A stretch of 64,000 bases of DNA from Paractinoplanes brasiliensis (GCF_004362215.1 NZ_SNWR01000001.1:2255944-2319943); one strand, 5' to 3'; positions 1-9,471 are shown, counted from the stretch's first letter. The notes: a model not told the origin generated them from the sequence alone. Numbers and translations: made by a program.

Positions 1-60
1 TGCCGGAACCCAGCGAGGACCCGTCGGCGCGGGTGGCCGACGAGGGCCTGCGGGACACCC

Positions 61-1083
61 TCAAGCGGGCGTGGAACTGGCTCGTGCAACCCCGCTAGTG
101 CCGCCCCAGCGCATCAGCGACGCGCCGACCGACATGCCGCCGCCGAAGCCGGCCATCAGCACGATGTCGCCGTCCTTGAGGGCGCCCTTGCGGTTGGCGT
201 CGTCGAGCGTGACCGGCACCGACGCACTGCCGACGTTGCCGTAGCGGTCGAGCGTGAGATGGGTCGTGGCCCCGGTCAGGCCCGTCTGCTCGACCAGTTC
301 GGCCAGCATGACGCCGTTGGCCTGATGGGGCACGAAGTGGGTGACGTCGTCGACGTCGACGTCGGCCCGCTTGAGCAGGGCCTCGAGCGCCGGCGGGACG
401 CCGCTGCTGACGAACTCGCGCACCCCCCGGCCGTTCATCTTGAAGTAGTGGTCGCCGTTTGCCACCGTCTCGGCCGAGGCGGGCAGGCGGCTGCCGCCCC
501 CCGGCACGTGGATCAGGTTGCTCGCCTCGCCGCGCGACACCAGCTCGGCGTCGAGGAAGCCGTAGCCCTCGGCCACCGTGCCGACCACGGCCGCGCCGGC
601 GCCGTCACCGAACAGCACGGCCGTACGGCGGTCGCCGAAGTCGAGGATGCGGGAGTAGACGTCCGACGCGATGACCAGAACCTTGGCCGTCGGGTTCATG
701 GCGACGAGGCTGGTGGCCAGCGAGGTGCCGAAGATGAACCCGGCGCAGACGACGTTGATGTCGAAGCAGGCGGCCCGGTTCGCGCCGATCTTGTCCTGCA
801 CCAGGGTGGACGTCGGCGGTTGCGGAGAGTCACCGGTGGAGGTCGAAACGATGAGGTAGTCGATGTCGACGGCCTCGATCCCCGCGTCCTCCAGGGCCTG
901 ACGCGCGGCCTCGGCGGCGAGGTCGGAAGCGGCCTCGTGCGGCGCCGCGAACCGGCGCGCCTGAATCATCGTCTTGCGGCTGACCCACTCAGGATCCGCA
1001 TCCGGCACGAGACGTACCAGATCGGTGTTGGTGACCACCTCGGCCGGCAGATACGAGCCGGTACCCAGGATGCCCACGCTCAT
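61..1083 (-). CDS. fabH: 3-oxoacyl-[acyl-carrier-protein] synthase III (KAS III)
   Basis: Translation MSVGILGTGSYLPAEVVTNTDL...ACFDINVVCAGF...HQAN...GFGGG is full-length FabH-like with the Cys-His-Asn catalytic residues. Start trimmed from the ORF-track start to the ATG at 1081-1083; upstream in-frame sequence is not protein-like. Confidence 0.85.
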   Translation of the reverse strand: MSVGILGTGSYLPAEVVTNTDLVRLVPDADPEWVSRKTMIQARRFAAPHEAASDLAAEAARQALEDAGIEAVDIDYLIVSTSTGDSPQPPTSTLVQDKIGANRAACFDINVVCAGFIFGTSLATSLVAMNPTAKVLVIASDVYSRILDFGDRRTAVLFGDGAGAAVVGTVAEGYGFLDAELVSRGEASNLIHVPGGGSRLPASAETVANGDHYFKMNGRGVREFVSSGVPPALEALLKRADVDVDDVTHFVPHQANGVMLAELVEQTGLTGATTHLTLDRYGNVGSASVPVTLDDANRKGALKDGDIVLMAGFGGGMSVGASLMRWGGTSGVARASSTPA

Positions 1084-1337
1084 GTTGACCCCACTTCGAT
1101 CGAACTCGCCCTCTGTCCCGCGAAAGAGGCTATCGGGTTTAGGCTCTGACAGGCAGGCAAGATCCCACGCCGTGCGGACCGCCCATATCGGCCGATCGGC
1201 CCACTGACGCCCATCCCGGAAACGGGCCGGTAACAAACGTGTCGACTTCGCTCGCTCCGTGCAGTCATTCATTACGGAGAGTGATCAAAACTCCGGCAAA
1301 TCGCCTTGGGTCACAAGTCGGCAACCGTTCACATAGC

Positions 1338-1370
1338 GAAAGGCCGGCCCCTTCCCGGGGCCGGCCTTTC
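1338..1370 (-). terminator. GC-rich perfect hairpin (14-bp stem, 4-nt loop) immediately downstream of the MHYT gene
   Basis: gaaaggccggcccc-ttcc-cggggccggcctttc is a perfect inverted repeat located between the MHYT gene stop (1380) and the fabH start. The U-tract after the stem is weak. Confidence 0.4.
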
Positions 1371-1379
1371 TGTCGGATA

Positions 1380-2249
1380 TCAGCGCGACGAGCGGTCCCG
1401 GTAGGTCCACGCGCTCGACCGGAGCCCGCCGCCCATGGTCGTTTCCGGGGCGGTCTGCCGCGGGATGCGGGCGGCGGCCTCTTGACGGCGCTGCGCCAGG
1501 TAGGCCGCGGCGGCGCGGTCCTCCTCGGTGGGGGCGGACATCAGCGCGTAGGCCAGCCCGATGATGCCGAAGACGACGGCCAGCCCGATCGGCACCAGCA
1601 TGCCGCTCGCCGTCGCGCCCGGCAGATCCCCGGCGGCCGGGCGGGTGCTCACCGACATGGCGGTCATGCCGGTGAAGTGCATGCCGTTGACCGCGATGCC
1701 CATGACGAGGGCCGCGGCGAAGATGACGATCGGGCGGCGCACGGTGACGGCGAGCCACAGCGCGACGGCTGCCGCGACGACGGCGATGCCGATCGAGAGG
1801 CCGACCCGGCTCATCCCGTACGTCACGTCGCCGTTCAGCTTCATGGCGGCCATGCCCGTGTAGTGCATCGCGGCGACACCCAGCCCCGCGACGACCCCAC
1901 CGGTGACGATGCGCAGGTTCTGCGCGCCCTTGCCGAGCAGCGCGATGGCGAGGCCGACGCCGACGGCGAACACGGCCAGGAGCGCGCTCGCCGCGGTGAG
2001 CCCGACGTCGTAGCGGATCGGCGTGCCGACCACCGCGAAGCCCATCATCGCGACGAAATGCATGCTCCAGATCGCGGTGCCGCCGATCGATACCGAACCG
2101 AGCGTCAGCCACCAGACACGCTCACCGCGCCCGGCGGCCGAGCGGAACCGCACGGCACACGTCAGGCCGAGCATCGAACCGAGGACGGACAGGACGTAGC
2201 TCACCGTGGGCGTGATCCACCCATGGTCGAAGTGATGGATCTGCGCCAT
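1380..2249 (-). CDS. MHYT-domain integral membrane sensor protein, stand-alone with no output domain
   Basis: About 7 predicted TM helices with three MHYT-type motifs (MHFVAMMG, MHYTGMAAM, MHFTGMTAM) at the periplasmic ends of helices. The short hydrophilic C-tail has no kinase, GGDEF, EAL or LytTR domain. Confidence 0.75.
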   Translation of the reverse strand: MAQIHHFDHGWITPTVSYVLSVLGSMLGLTCAVRFRSAAGRGERVWWLTLGSVSIGGTAIWSMHFVAMMGFAVVGTPIRYDVGLTAASALLAVFAVGVGLAIALLGKGAQNLRIVTGGVVAGLGVAAMHYTGMAAMKLNGDVTYGMSRVGLSIGIAVVAAAVALWLAVTVRRPIVIFAAALVMGIAVNGMHFTGMTAMSVSTRPAAGDLPGATASGMLVPIGLAVVFGIIGLAYALMSAPTEEDRAAAAYLAQRRQEAAARIPRQTAPETTMGGGLRSSAWTYRDRSSR

Positions 2250-2436
2250 CGCGGTCTTCTCCTTCTTGGCTTCCCCGCCCGGGAAACTGCATCATGCATT
2301 GCCCGATGCGCTCACGCCTCGGCTACGAACCGGCCTTAGCCTTCAAAACGCCGCGAATCGGCCGTCGAATCTCGAAACTACCTGGTCAGAAGCGTGCGTC
2401 CGTCGACGATTACACCGCGCCGACGGGTCAGGGTGA

Positions 2437-2826
2437 TCACCCGACGGTCCGTAGCCCACTGTCCGAACAGACACTCGACATGTCCGAGGCGGCAGCTCCG
2501 ACGGCTGCCACGGCATCGGGCTCGCTCTCCGTCCCGGCCGAGGAGACCGCTTTCCCGTACGCGGTGAGGAGGCGCTCGGCCGCATCGGCGACCGGGGCGT
2601 CCGCCGTGGCACTCGCCATCACGATGGTGTCGACCACCCCGGCCTGCATCAACGAGGCGTCGTCCATCGCCTGGTCGAGGGTCGCGCAAGCCAGGGCGCC
2701 CGGAGGCTCGTCCTCGGCGGGGCTCACTTCGACGCTCGGGGACGGCGCGATCTGCGGCTTGTCGTCGTCGCTGCCGCAGCCCCCGACGAGCAGGACCACC
2801 AAAACCAACGCCGGGATTTGTCGCAT
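2437..2826 (-). CDS. small acidic lipoprotein (hypothetical)
   Basis: Signal peptide with lipobox MRQIPALVLVVLLVGGC followed by a Asp/Glu/Ala-rich mature part; coding-like composition. Confidence 0.55.
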   Translation of the reverse strand: MRQIPALVLVVLLVGGCGSDDDKPQIAPSPSVEVSPAEDEPPGALACATLDQAMDDASLMQAGVVDTIVMASATADAPVADAAERLLTAYGKAVSSAGTESEPDAVAAVGAAASDMSSVCSDSGLRTVG

Positions 2827-2885
2827 TCCGCCAGATTATGCGGACTTATGACCGTGCGACGGCAAAAGCCCGGCCGGGTTTTCGC

Positions 2886-4100
2886 TCAGAGGTACGAGCC
2901 CTTCTTGTACTCTTCCCAGCTCATGTTCCAGTCGGTCCAGCCGTTGCCGTTCTTCAGCTTCTCCTCGGTGCCGGTGACCGTGATCGGGTCGCCCATCATC
3001 GTGCGGTCGAAGAGCCAGGCGCCCATCTTCTCCGACACGTTGACGCAGCCGTGCGAGACGTTGACCTTGCCCTGCTTGCCCTCGGACCACGGCGCGGAGT
3101 GGATGAACTGGCCGCTCCAGGTGATCCGCTGCGCGAAGTCGATCGGGGTCTTGTAACCCTCGCCGGCGGGCAGCTCGTCGGTCGTGTCGAAGATCGTGTG
3201 CTTCTTCTTCTCGATCACGACCATCGTGCCGCTCGAGGACGGGGTGCTCTTCTTGCCGAGGCTCACCGGGATGGTCTTGATGACCTTGCCGTCCTGCTTG
3301 ACCGTCATCTGCTTGGTCTTGTTCGAGACCGTCATGACGAGCGAGCGACCGATCTTGAGGTCGACGGTGAGGTCGGAGCGCCCGTAGTAGCCGTTGCCCA
3401 GCGGCACACCCTTGAGCGCCACCTTGTAGAAGACCTTGGACTGCGCCTTCCAGTAGACCTTGGGCCGGTAGTGCACCTCGGTCGGGCTGGTCCAGTGCCA
3501 GATGCCTTCCTGCGCCGGGGTGGCCGTGACCTTCATGCGGCGCTCGACGTCGTCGCGGTAGCTCTCGGGGATCGCACGGCCGAACCGGATGATCAGCGGC
3601 ATGCCCACGCCGACGGTCTGGCCGTCGCCCATGAAGCTGGTGACGCGGATCTCCTTCGACGGCTTGGCCATCGTGGTGAACTCCGACGTCGCGGTGTTGG
3701 TCTTGCCCTCGGCCCGCGGGCCGGTGACGGTCACGGTGATCTTGGAGCCGTAGGGCAGGGCCTTTGCCGGGGTGAACGTCTTGGCATCCTTGTCGAGGGT
3801 GCCCTCGATCTCGGCGCCCTTGGCGTCGGTGACCTTGACCTCGGTGTTCTCCGGGTCCTCGCTGGTGAACTTGATCGGGCTGATCGCGACGACGCCGGTG
3901 GCGCCGGCGGCCGGCTCGGTCACCGCGACGGTGCTGGGCAGGGCCTCGGGCGCCTTCTCGGGTCCGGCGCTGCTGCCGGGCTTGGCGTCGCCGCCCTCCC
4001 ACGAGGAGGACTTGCTGTCGCCGTCACCGCAGGCCGAGGTGAGCAGCACGCTCGTCGCGGCCAGCGCGACGACGGCCTTCTTGAATCCCCAGGTCTTCAT
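2886..4100 (-). CDS. L,D-transpeptidase lipoprotein (YkuD domain, LdtMt2-like)
   Basis: Lipobox LLTSAC and Ig-like repeats, then the YkuD catalytic motif HSAPWSEGKQGKVNVSHGCVNVS (His...Cys). Start trimmed to the ATG at 4098-4100 (MKTWGFKK). Confidence 0.85.
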   Translation of the reverse strand: MKTWGFKKAVVALAATSVLLTSACGDGDSKSSSWEGGDAKPGSSAGPEKAPEALPSTVAVTEPAAGATGVVAISPIKFTSEDPENTEVKVTDAKGAEIEGTLDKDAKTFTPAKALPYGSKITVTVTGPRAEGKTNTATSEFTTMAKPSKEIRVTSFMGDGQTVGVGMPLIIRFGRAIPESYRDDVERRMKVTATPAQEGIWHWTSPTEVHYRPKVYWKAQSKVFYKVALKGVPLGNGYYGRSDLTVDLKIGRSLVMTVSNKTKQMTVKQDGKVIKTIPVSLGKKSTPSSSGTMVVIEKKKHTIFDTTDELPAGEGYKTPIDFAQRITWSGQFIHSAPWSEGKQGKVNVSHGCVNVSEKMGAWLFDRTMMGDPITVTGTEEKLKNGNGWTDWNMSWEEYKKGSYL

Positions 4101-4270
4101 GGTCCCCTCGCGGCGTCTTCGGTCCCGGCTCGGTCCCGTTTCTGGTCCCGTTCTTCTTGGTCCGGGGCCCAATACTGCCTCTATCTTCCCCGGTCACCAA
4201 TCCCGGAATCGTGCCGCGCTGCCCTCTCATGTGTGCAAATTGGACGCATTCGCCCCATATGCCGCATCGG

Positions 4271-5518
4271 TCACTTCAGCGACGCCGGCACCGGCAGGGC
4301 GCTGCCCTTGACGAACTCCGCCCAGGGCTTGTCCCAGGGTGTCCAGCCGTCGCCGTAGCCCAGCTTCTCCTCAGTGCCCTTCACGGTGATCGGGTCACCG
4401 ATCAGGGTGCGCTCGAACAGCCAGCGCGCATTGCCGGGTGACACGTTCACACAACCGTGGGACACGTTCCGCCGGCCCTGCGCGCCCACCGACCACGGGG
4501 CGGAGTGGAGGTACTGCCCGCTCCAGGTGATCCGCTGGGCGAACTCGATGTCGGTGACGTAACCGTCCGCGCCGTCGGTGTCGGTCGTGTCGAAGACGGT
4601 CTGTTCCTTCTTCTCCATGACGACCATCACACCGCTGACCGACGGCGTGCTCTTCTTGCCCAGGCTGACCGGCATCGTCTTGATCGTCTTGCCGTCCTGC
4701 ATCACGGTCATCTTCTTCGAGGCGTTGTCGACCTTCATCTCGAAGGACCGGCCGATCTTGGCGGTGGCCGAGCGGTCCCGGTCGCCATAGCGGCCCCCGC
4801 CTGTGGGCAGGCCCCCGACCGCGATCCGGACAGCGAGCGTGGTGCCCGGCTTCCAGAACTCGGGGCCGCGGTAATAAGCCTGAGAACCGTTGGGAGTCCA
4901 CGACCAGACGCCGGGCTGGGCCGGGCTGGTGCTGACGAACATGCGCCGCTGCACGGCCGCGCGGTCAGCCTTCTTGATGCCCGGGCTGAACTCGACGACC
5001 ACCGGCATGGCGACCCCGTACGTCCGGTCGTCGAACAGGTAGAGGCCGGTGCCGGTCTTCTTGCCCGGCTTACCCATGGTCGTGAAGCTGGTGGTCTGCG
5101 TCGTCGTCTGCCCGTCGCCGGCGGTGACCACGACGGTGGCCGAGTATTTCTGTTTCGGGCTCAGCGTCTTGCCCGGCACCCAAGCGGTGCCGTCGTCGCG
5201 CAGCTTGCCCGGGACGACAGCACCCTTCTCGTCCTTGAGCGTGACCTCAGTGACCTTGCCCCCGGCCAGCTTGAGGCCGATCTCGGTGCTCAGCGGCACG
5301 CCGGTCTTGCCGGTGGCCGGGGTCAGCGCCAGGCTGACCGGCACCGTGGCCGACTCGGTCTCTTTGTCCGTTCCTGTTCCCGCGCTCGGGTCGGCGCCGG
5401 CGCTCGGCGTGGCCACCCACGCGCTGCTGCCCTGCTTGCCCCCGTCCTTGCCGCACGCCACGAGCGCGACCGGCGTGATCACCGCCATCGCCACAACTGC
5501 CACGAGCGTGCGCCGCAT
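4271..5518 (-). CDS. L,D-transpeptidase lipoprotein (YkuD domain), tandem paralog of 2886..4100
   Basis: Lipobox ALVAC and motif HSAPWSVGAQGRRNVSHGCVNVS. About 60-65% identical to the neighbouring Ldt over the catalytic half. Start at MRRTLVAV (ATG 5516-5518). Confidence 0.85.
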   Translation of the reverse strand: MRRTLVAVVAMAVITPVALVACGKDGGKQGSSAWVATPSAGADPSAGTGTDKETESATVPVSLALTPATGKTGVPLSTEIGLKLAGGKVTEVTLKDEKGAVVPGKLRDDGTAWVPGKTLSPKQKYSATVVVTAGDGQTTTQTTSFTTMGKPGKKTGTGLYLFDDRTYGVAMPVVVEFSPGIKKADRAAVQRRMFVSTSPAQPGVWSWTPNGSQAYYRGPEFWKPGTTLAVRIAVGGLPTGGGRYGDRDRSATAKIGRSFEMKVDNASKKMTVMQDGKTIKTMPVSLGKKSTPSVSGVMVVMEKKEQTVFDTTDTDGADGYVTDIEFAQRITWSGQYLHSAPWSVGAQGRRNVSHGCVNVSPGNARWLFERTLIGDPITVKGTEEKLGYGDGWTPWDKPWAEFVKGSALPVPASLK

Positions 5519-5666
5519 CCTGGACCTTCCCCCTCGACAAGTACGCGGGGACATCCTGCCCCATGAATGCAAGAGATCGAGTCCTCCGTACGGGTGGGGC
5601 AGCCCACCCGGGGGCGATTTCCATGATCGTCCGGGGGCGTGCTAACGTTTTCTCCGTTGCCGACGA

Positions 5667-5739
5667 GCGCCGCTAGCTCAACTGGCAGAGCAGCGGACTC
5701 TTAATCCGCGGGTTGTAGGTTCAAGTCCTACGCGGCGCA
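5667..5739 (+). tRNA. tRNA-Lys (anticodon CTT)
   Basis: 73-nt cloverleaf folded by eye: acceptor GCGCCGC/GCGGCGC, D-arm GCTC...GAGC, anticodon stem GCGGA/TCCGC with loop CTCTTAA (anticodon CTT), T-arm GTAGG-TTCAAGT-CCTAC, discriminator A, no encoded CCA. Confidence 0.85.
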
Positions 5740-6016
5740 CAGCTTCATGATGGCCCTGACCAGGTGTTTCACCTGAGGTCGGGGCCATTTTCGTTGTCGG
5801 GGTCGCGGACGGGATGCTCGGTGGCTGCTCGGGAGCCGTTGGACCCGGCGCCCGCGGCCACGGATTCGTGGGGGGATCGGCGGACGACTTGAGGTTCGGG
5901 GAAAGGCACGCCATCGTTCGTGCACCCGGCGACCCGGTACCGCGGCGGGCCTGCGGGTCGTGTTGCTGCGGCAGCGAAGCCCGGGCATCTCGCACGAGGT
6001 GCCCGGGAACGTGGCT

Positions 6017-6502
6017 TTACGTGAGCCGTCCGCCGGCGAGGTAGGCGGTCTCGCTAGAGGTGCGGGCCCGCAGAGCTGCGGAGATACGCGGGGCCACGTT
6101 GGCGGGCAGCCGCGCCGCCGCTTCCCTCGGGGGCAGGAAGGCCCAATCGTCCAGCTCGTCAGCGGCCAGGGTGAGGGCGGCGTCGGCCGGGATTTCGCCG
6201 CAGTCGAAGGTGAGGCTGATGATCGCCCGGGTGCGTTTGCCTTCCGGTGGGGCCCAGTCCACGACTAGCAGGCTGTTGGGTTTGACGGTGAGTCCGAGTT
6301 CCTCGTGCAGCTCGCGGGCGCAGGCCTCGTGGGGAAACTCCCCCGCTTCCACGTAACCGCCCGGCAGTGACCAGTCGTCTCGGTAGGTCGGCTTCACCAG
6401 GAGGACGTGGTCGGTGCCGGTGGCGGTGATCAGCCCGGCGGCCGCGGCGTGGAAGGCCGGCAGTTGGGCGTACCAGACCTCGGGCTCGACCCAGGTGCTC
6501 AT
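6017..6502 (-). CDS. NUDIX hydrolase
   Basis: Nudix box GGYVEAGEFPHEACARELHEELGL. Start trimmed to the ATG at 6500-6502. Paralogous to the NUDIX gene at 59221..59697. Confidence 0.8.
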   Translation of the reverse strand: MSTWVEPEVWYAQLPAFHAAAAGLITATGTDHVLLVKPTYRDDWSLPGGYVEAGEFPHEACARELHEELGLTVKPNSLLVVDWAPPEGKRTRAIISLTFDCGEIPADAALTLAADELDDWAFLPPREAAARLPANVAPRISAALRARTSSETAYLAGGRLT

Positions 6503-6522
6503 GGGTCGACGGTAGTGGAGGC

Positions 6523-7911
6523 TCACGCGGCGGAGGCAGTCGTGTTGCCGTGCACCTCGAGGAAGTCGGCGACACAGGTGACCGAGCGATGCGGTGTCAG
6601 CACCTGGACGAGTTCTGCGAGCCGGTGCCTGACGCGCCCGGAGCTGACCGTCCGGCCGTGCTGGATGGCTTCATAACCGTGGTGGCACGCCTCGTCGAGG
6701 TCACCAGCGGCCGCGTATGTGGTGGCGAGTAGAGCGGTATGCAGCGCTCGGGTGCGGAGGTTGCCTGCTGGGACGTCGAGTGCGGCGGGTCCGTGGCGGA
6801 TGGCTTGGCGGTGTAGTCGCAGGTCGCGATGGCAGCGCAGGGCCGCGCCGGCGAAGTGTGCGGGGCTGAAGTAGCCGGCCCAGCCTGGCGCGTCTCCAGG
6901 GCGGCCTTTGGCGAGCGCGCGGGCGGCCTTGGCCAGGGCTGCGGTGCAGGCTCGCCGGTCGCCGGCTGTGGCGTGGGCGCTCGCTTCGGTGGTGTGCAGG
7001 CGGGCGAGGACGGAGGCGGGTGCCCGTCCGGCGCCGTCGAGCGCGGCGCGGGCGAGTCGTACGGCTTCGGGGCCGTGGCCGAGGTAGACGGCCTGGGTGG
7101 CGAGGTTGGCCAGCAGGTGGGCGCCGTAGAGCGAGTCGTCGGCGGCCTTTGCCAGGCGCAGCGCGGTGGTGAAGTGACGTTGGGCGGCGCCGTGTTCTCC
7201 GGCGTCGTACGTCATGAACGCGAGTTGGCCGGAGATGGTGGCGGCGGCGGTCATCAGCCGCCGTCCGACCGTGTCGGTATAGCTGCCGTGCAGCATCGGG
7301 CTGACTTGCCGATGGAGGAAGTCGCTCATGATGCGGCGGGTGTGGTGGGCTCCGCCTCCATGCTTGCGGTCAAGATCGGCGAACTGGTCGGCGAAGATCT
7401 GCAGTGCCGCGATGTCCGAATCGAGGAGGCGCCTACGCCCCTGGTGGGCGACCGTGGCGTCGGCGGAGTCGTAGCGCCAGGCGAATCCGGTGTTCAAGGC
7501 TGCTGCGACGACGAACGGGGTGGTGGCCAGGAGGGCGCCGCGCTGTACGGTCAGCCTCCATAGCCGGCTCCCGACGTCGACGGCTTCGTCCGGTGAGCCG
7601 GGATAGTGCAGCCCGACCTGTCTGTCCTCGCCTCCGAGGCCCAGGTCGTCGATGCTGATCGTCCGACCGATCCGGCGGGTCAGGACGGTACTGATCAACT
7701 CTTGGATGCGCCGATCGGGGCAGCGTCCTCGGAGCCGCCAATAGACGGTCGAGGCGTCGTAGCACAGGTGCGCCTGGTCGCGCGCCGCGTGGTTGACCTG
7801 CCGGGCGAACGCGCCGTGCGCGTGTTCATATCCGGCCTCGCGCAGCAGAGCTTCGAGTTCGTGGTTCGTCGCCGGCCGCGCCATCGATACCTCCCGTCCC
7901 GATACGGTCAC
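6523..7911 (-). CDS. putative transcriptional regulator: N-terminal XRE-like HTH region plus a long TPR-like helical domain
   Basis: The N-terminal 80 aa (ELEALLREAGY...FARQVN...YDASTVYWRL) resemble an HTH. The remainder is Ala/Leu-rich helical repeats typical of actinomycete TPR regulators. The start could be the downstream ATG at 7884. Confidence 0.45.
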   Translation of the reverse strand: MTVSGREVSMARPATNHELEALLREAGYEHAHGAFARQVNHAARDQAHLCYDASTVYWRLRGRCPDRRIQELISTVLTRRIGRTISIDDLGLGGEDRQVGLHYPGSPDEAVDVGSRLWRLTVQRGALLATTPFVVAAALNTGFAWRYDSADATVAHQGRRRLLDSDIAALQIFADQFADLDRKHGGGAHHTRRIMSDFLHRQVSPMLHGSYTDTVGRRLMTAAATISGQLAFMTYDAGEHGAAQRHFTTALRLAKAADDSLYGAHLLANLATQAVYLGHGPEAVRLARAALDGAGRAPASVLARLHTTEASAHATAGDRRACTAALAKAARALAKGRPGDAPGWAGYFSPAHFAGAALRCHRDLRLHRQAIRHGPAALDVPAGNLRTRALHTALLATTYAAAGDLDEACHHGYEAIQHGRTVSSGRVRHRLAELVQVLTPHRSVTCVADFLEVHGNTTASAA

Positions 7912-8078
7912 GATACGTGTTCAGACATGATCGTTGGGACACGCGCAACCCCGCACAACAATGCTCGCGGGTCAGCATCTCGGAGCAAGACTCGCGTGCT
8001 TCCGAGCACGCCCTGGCGGCCGGTGTCCTGGAGACAGCCGCATCAACGCGGAGACACACTCCAGGAAGGACTCCCGTG

Positions 8079-8561
8079 ATGACCACTTCGACTCAGACCC
8101 CGATCAAGTCGCGTGTTTGCTGGCCCGAGGACGGCCCGGAACAGGCCAAGTCCGGCCGTAGCCTGGTATCAGTCGAACTGTTCGACCGCCTGGCCTGCCG
8201 CATCCGGCTCGAACACCCGGAGTTGGCCGCCGGCATGGCGGAGCGGATCCTCGACCAGGCACTGGCGTTCCTCGGCACCTGCGCCGTCTCGACGGAGCCG
8301 ATCGGCCCTTCCGAACTCGTCGATATCGGATGGCACACGTTCATCCTGCACACGGCCGACTACGCCGACTTCTGCGACCGGATCGCCGGCCGATTCATCC
8401 ACCACGTCCCGGACGAGCCGGACGGCGGGGCGGGGTCGCCGCTCGCCGCTTCGGTCGCGGCGATCCGGGCCAGCGGTTTCACGCTCGACCGAGCGCTGTG
8501 GTCCTCGGGCGCTGAGTGCACGCAGTGCTATGCCGGATGCACCGACAGCCCGACGCGCTGA
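8079..8561 (+). CDS. hypothetical protein
   Basis: ATG at 8079 preceded by the RBS-like aggaagga. The ORF-track start at 7917 has non-protein-like upstream sequence. Coding-like composition with conserved-looking WHTFILHTADYADFCDRIAGRF. Confidence 0.45.
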   Translation: MTTSTQTPIKSRVCWPEDGPEQAKSGRSLVSVELFDRLACRIRLEHPELAAGMAERILDQALAFLGTCAVSTEPIGPSELVDIGWHTFILHTADYADFCDRIAGRFIHHVPDEPDGGAGSPLAASVAAIRASGFTLDRALWSSGAECTQCYAGCTDSPTR

Positions 8562-8637
8562 CCAGCCAGGGCCTCGCGCTGTGCCCGTCGCCGTATGCTG
8601 AACAGCCCGGCGACGGCACCGCGTGGAGGCTGATGGC

Positions 8638-9471
8638 ATGCCCCGCTGCTCATGGCACGACCTGCCGCCCGATTTGCACCGCGCCGTGGAGGCTCGTGTC
8701 GGCCCCGTGACCGGGGTGCAGGATCTAGCAGCAGGGTCGGCGGCCCACCTGGTCAGCGTTTTGACGACGGCAGAAGGCCAGGTCTTCGTCAAGGGCGTCG
8801 GCGCCGGCACCCGCGCCGCGGTCATCCAAGGCCGCGAAGCTGCCATCAATCCCCACCTCCCCCGCGGATGCGTCCCGCGTCTGCGCTGGACTGTCCAGGA
8901 TGAGGGCTGGCTCTTGCATGGCTACCAGTACATCCCCGGTCGGCACGCCGACCTGTCTCCAGGCTCCGGGGATCTACCGCTGGTGATCACGACCCTGAAC
9001 GCGGTATGCGCCGCGCTGTCACCGTGCCCTGATCTCGACGTACCAGTGCAGCGCTTCGCCGACCGGTGGGCAGGCCGCATCCGCGCGGAGTATGTCGAGG
9101 GTGACACGTTGGTCCACACCGACCTCACGCCTCGCAACTTGCTTGTGGACGGCACACGGGCTTGGCTCGTCGACTGGGCCGGGCCCTGCGTCGGAGCGCC
9201 GTGGATCAGCGCCGCATTTCTCGCCGTACGGCTCATCCGTGCCGGCCACCACCCGCGAGACGCCGAGGTTCTGCTCCAAGATGCGACCGCCTGGAGCGTC
9301 GCGACGCCCGAGGCCCTCGACGCGTTCGCCGAGGCGTCGGCTCGGCTATGGCAGCAACGCGCCATCGAAATCGGCGCACCGCACCATGCCCCGCTCGCCG
9401 AGGCCGCTCATCGCTGGAATGAGTACCGGACCGATGCAAAGCTCGTCCGAGGTGCTCAGCCAAGCGCGTAG
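8638..9471 (+). CDS. phosphotransferase-family protein (APH / choline-kinase-like small-molecule kinase)
   Basis: Brenner motif HTDLTPRNLLV and Mg-binding DWAG in VDWAGP. ATG at 8638. Confidence 0.7.
   Translation: MPRCSWHDLPPDLHRAVEARVGPVTGVQDLAAGSAAHLVSVLTTAEGQVFVKGVGAGTRAAVIQGREAAINPHLPRGCVPRLRWTVQDEGWLLHGYQYIPGRHADLSPGSGDLPLVITTLNAVCAALSPCPDLDVPVQRFADRWAGRIRAEYVEGDTLVHTDLTPRNLLVDGTRAWLVDWAGPCVGAPWISAAFLAVRLIRAGHHPRDAEVLLQDATAWSVATPEALDAFAEASARLWQQRAIEIGAPHHAPLAEAAHRWNEYRTDAKLVRGAQPSA

Noticed and set aside
259-1149. Long antisense or out-of-frame ORFs inside confidently called genes (for example 259..1149 +, 1239..2339 +, 2836..4002 -, 15033..16439 -, 16432..18150 -, 19097..20248 +, 33556..35409 +, 39314..41035 +, 43026..43838 -, 56259..58160 -)
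   Set aside because: Their translations are Arg/Gly/Pro/Ala-rich low-complexity strings typical of the non-coding frames of 70% GC DNA. Each overlaps a gene with clear domain motifs on the other strand or frame.
5740-6016. Integrase, excisionase or attachment-site repeat immediately downstream of tRNA-Lys
   Set aside because: No tyrosine or serine recombinase-like ORF exists in the 10 kb after the tRNA, and I could not verify a direct repeat of the tRNA 3' end by eye. Only an eroded-element interpretation is offered, at low confidence.
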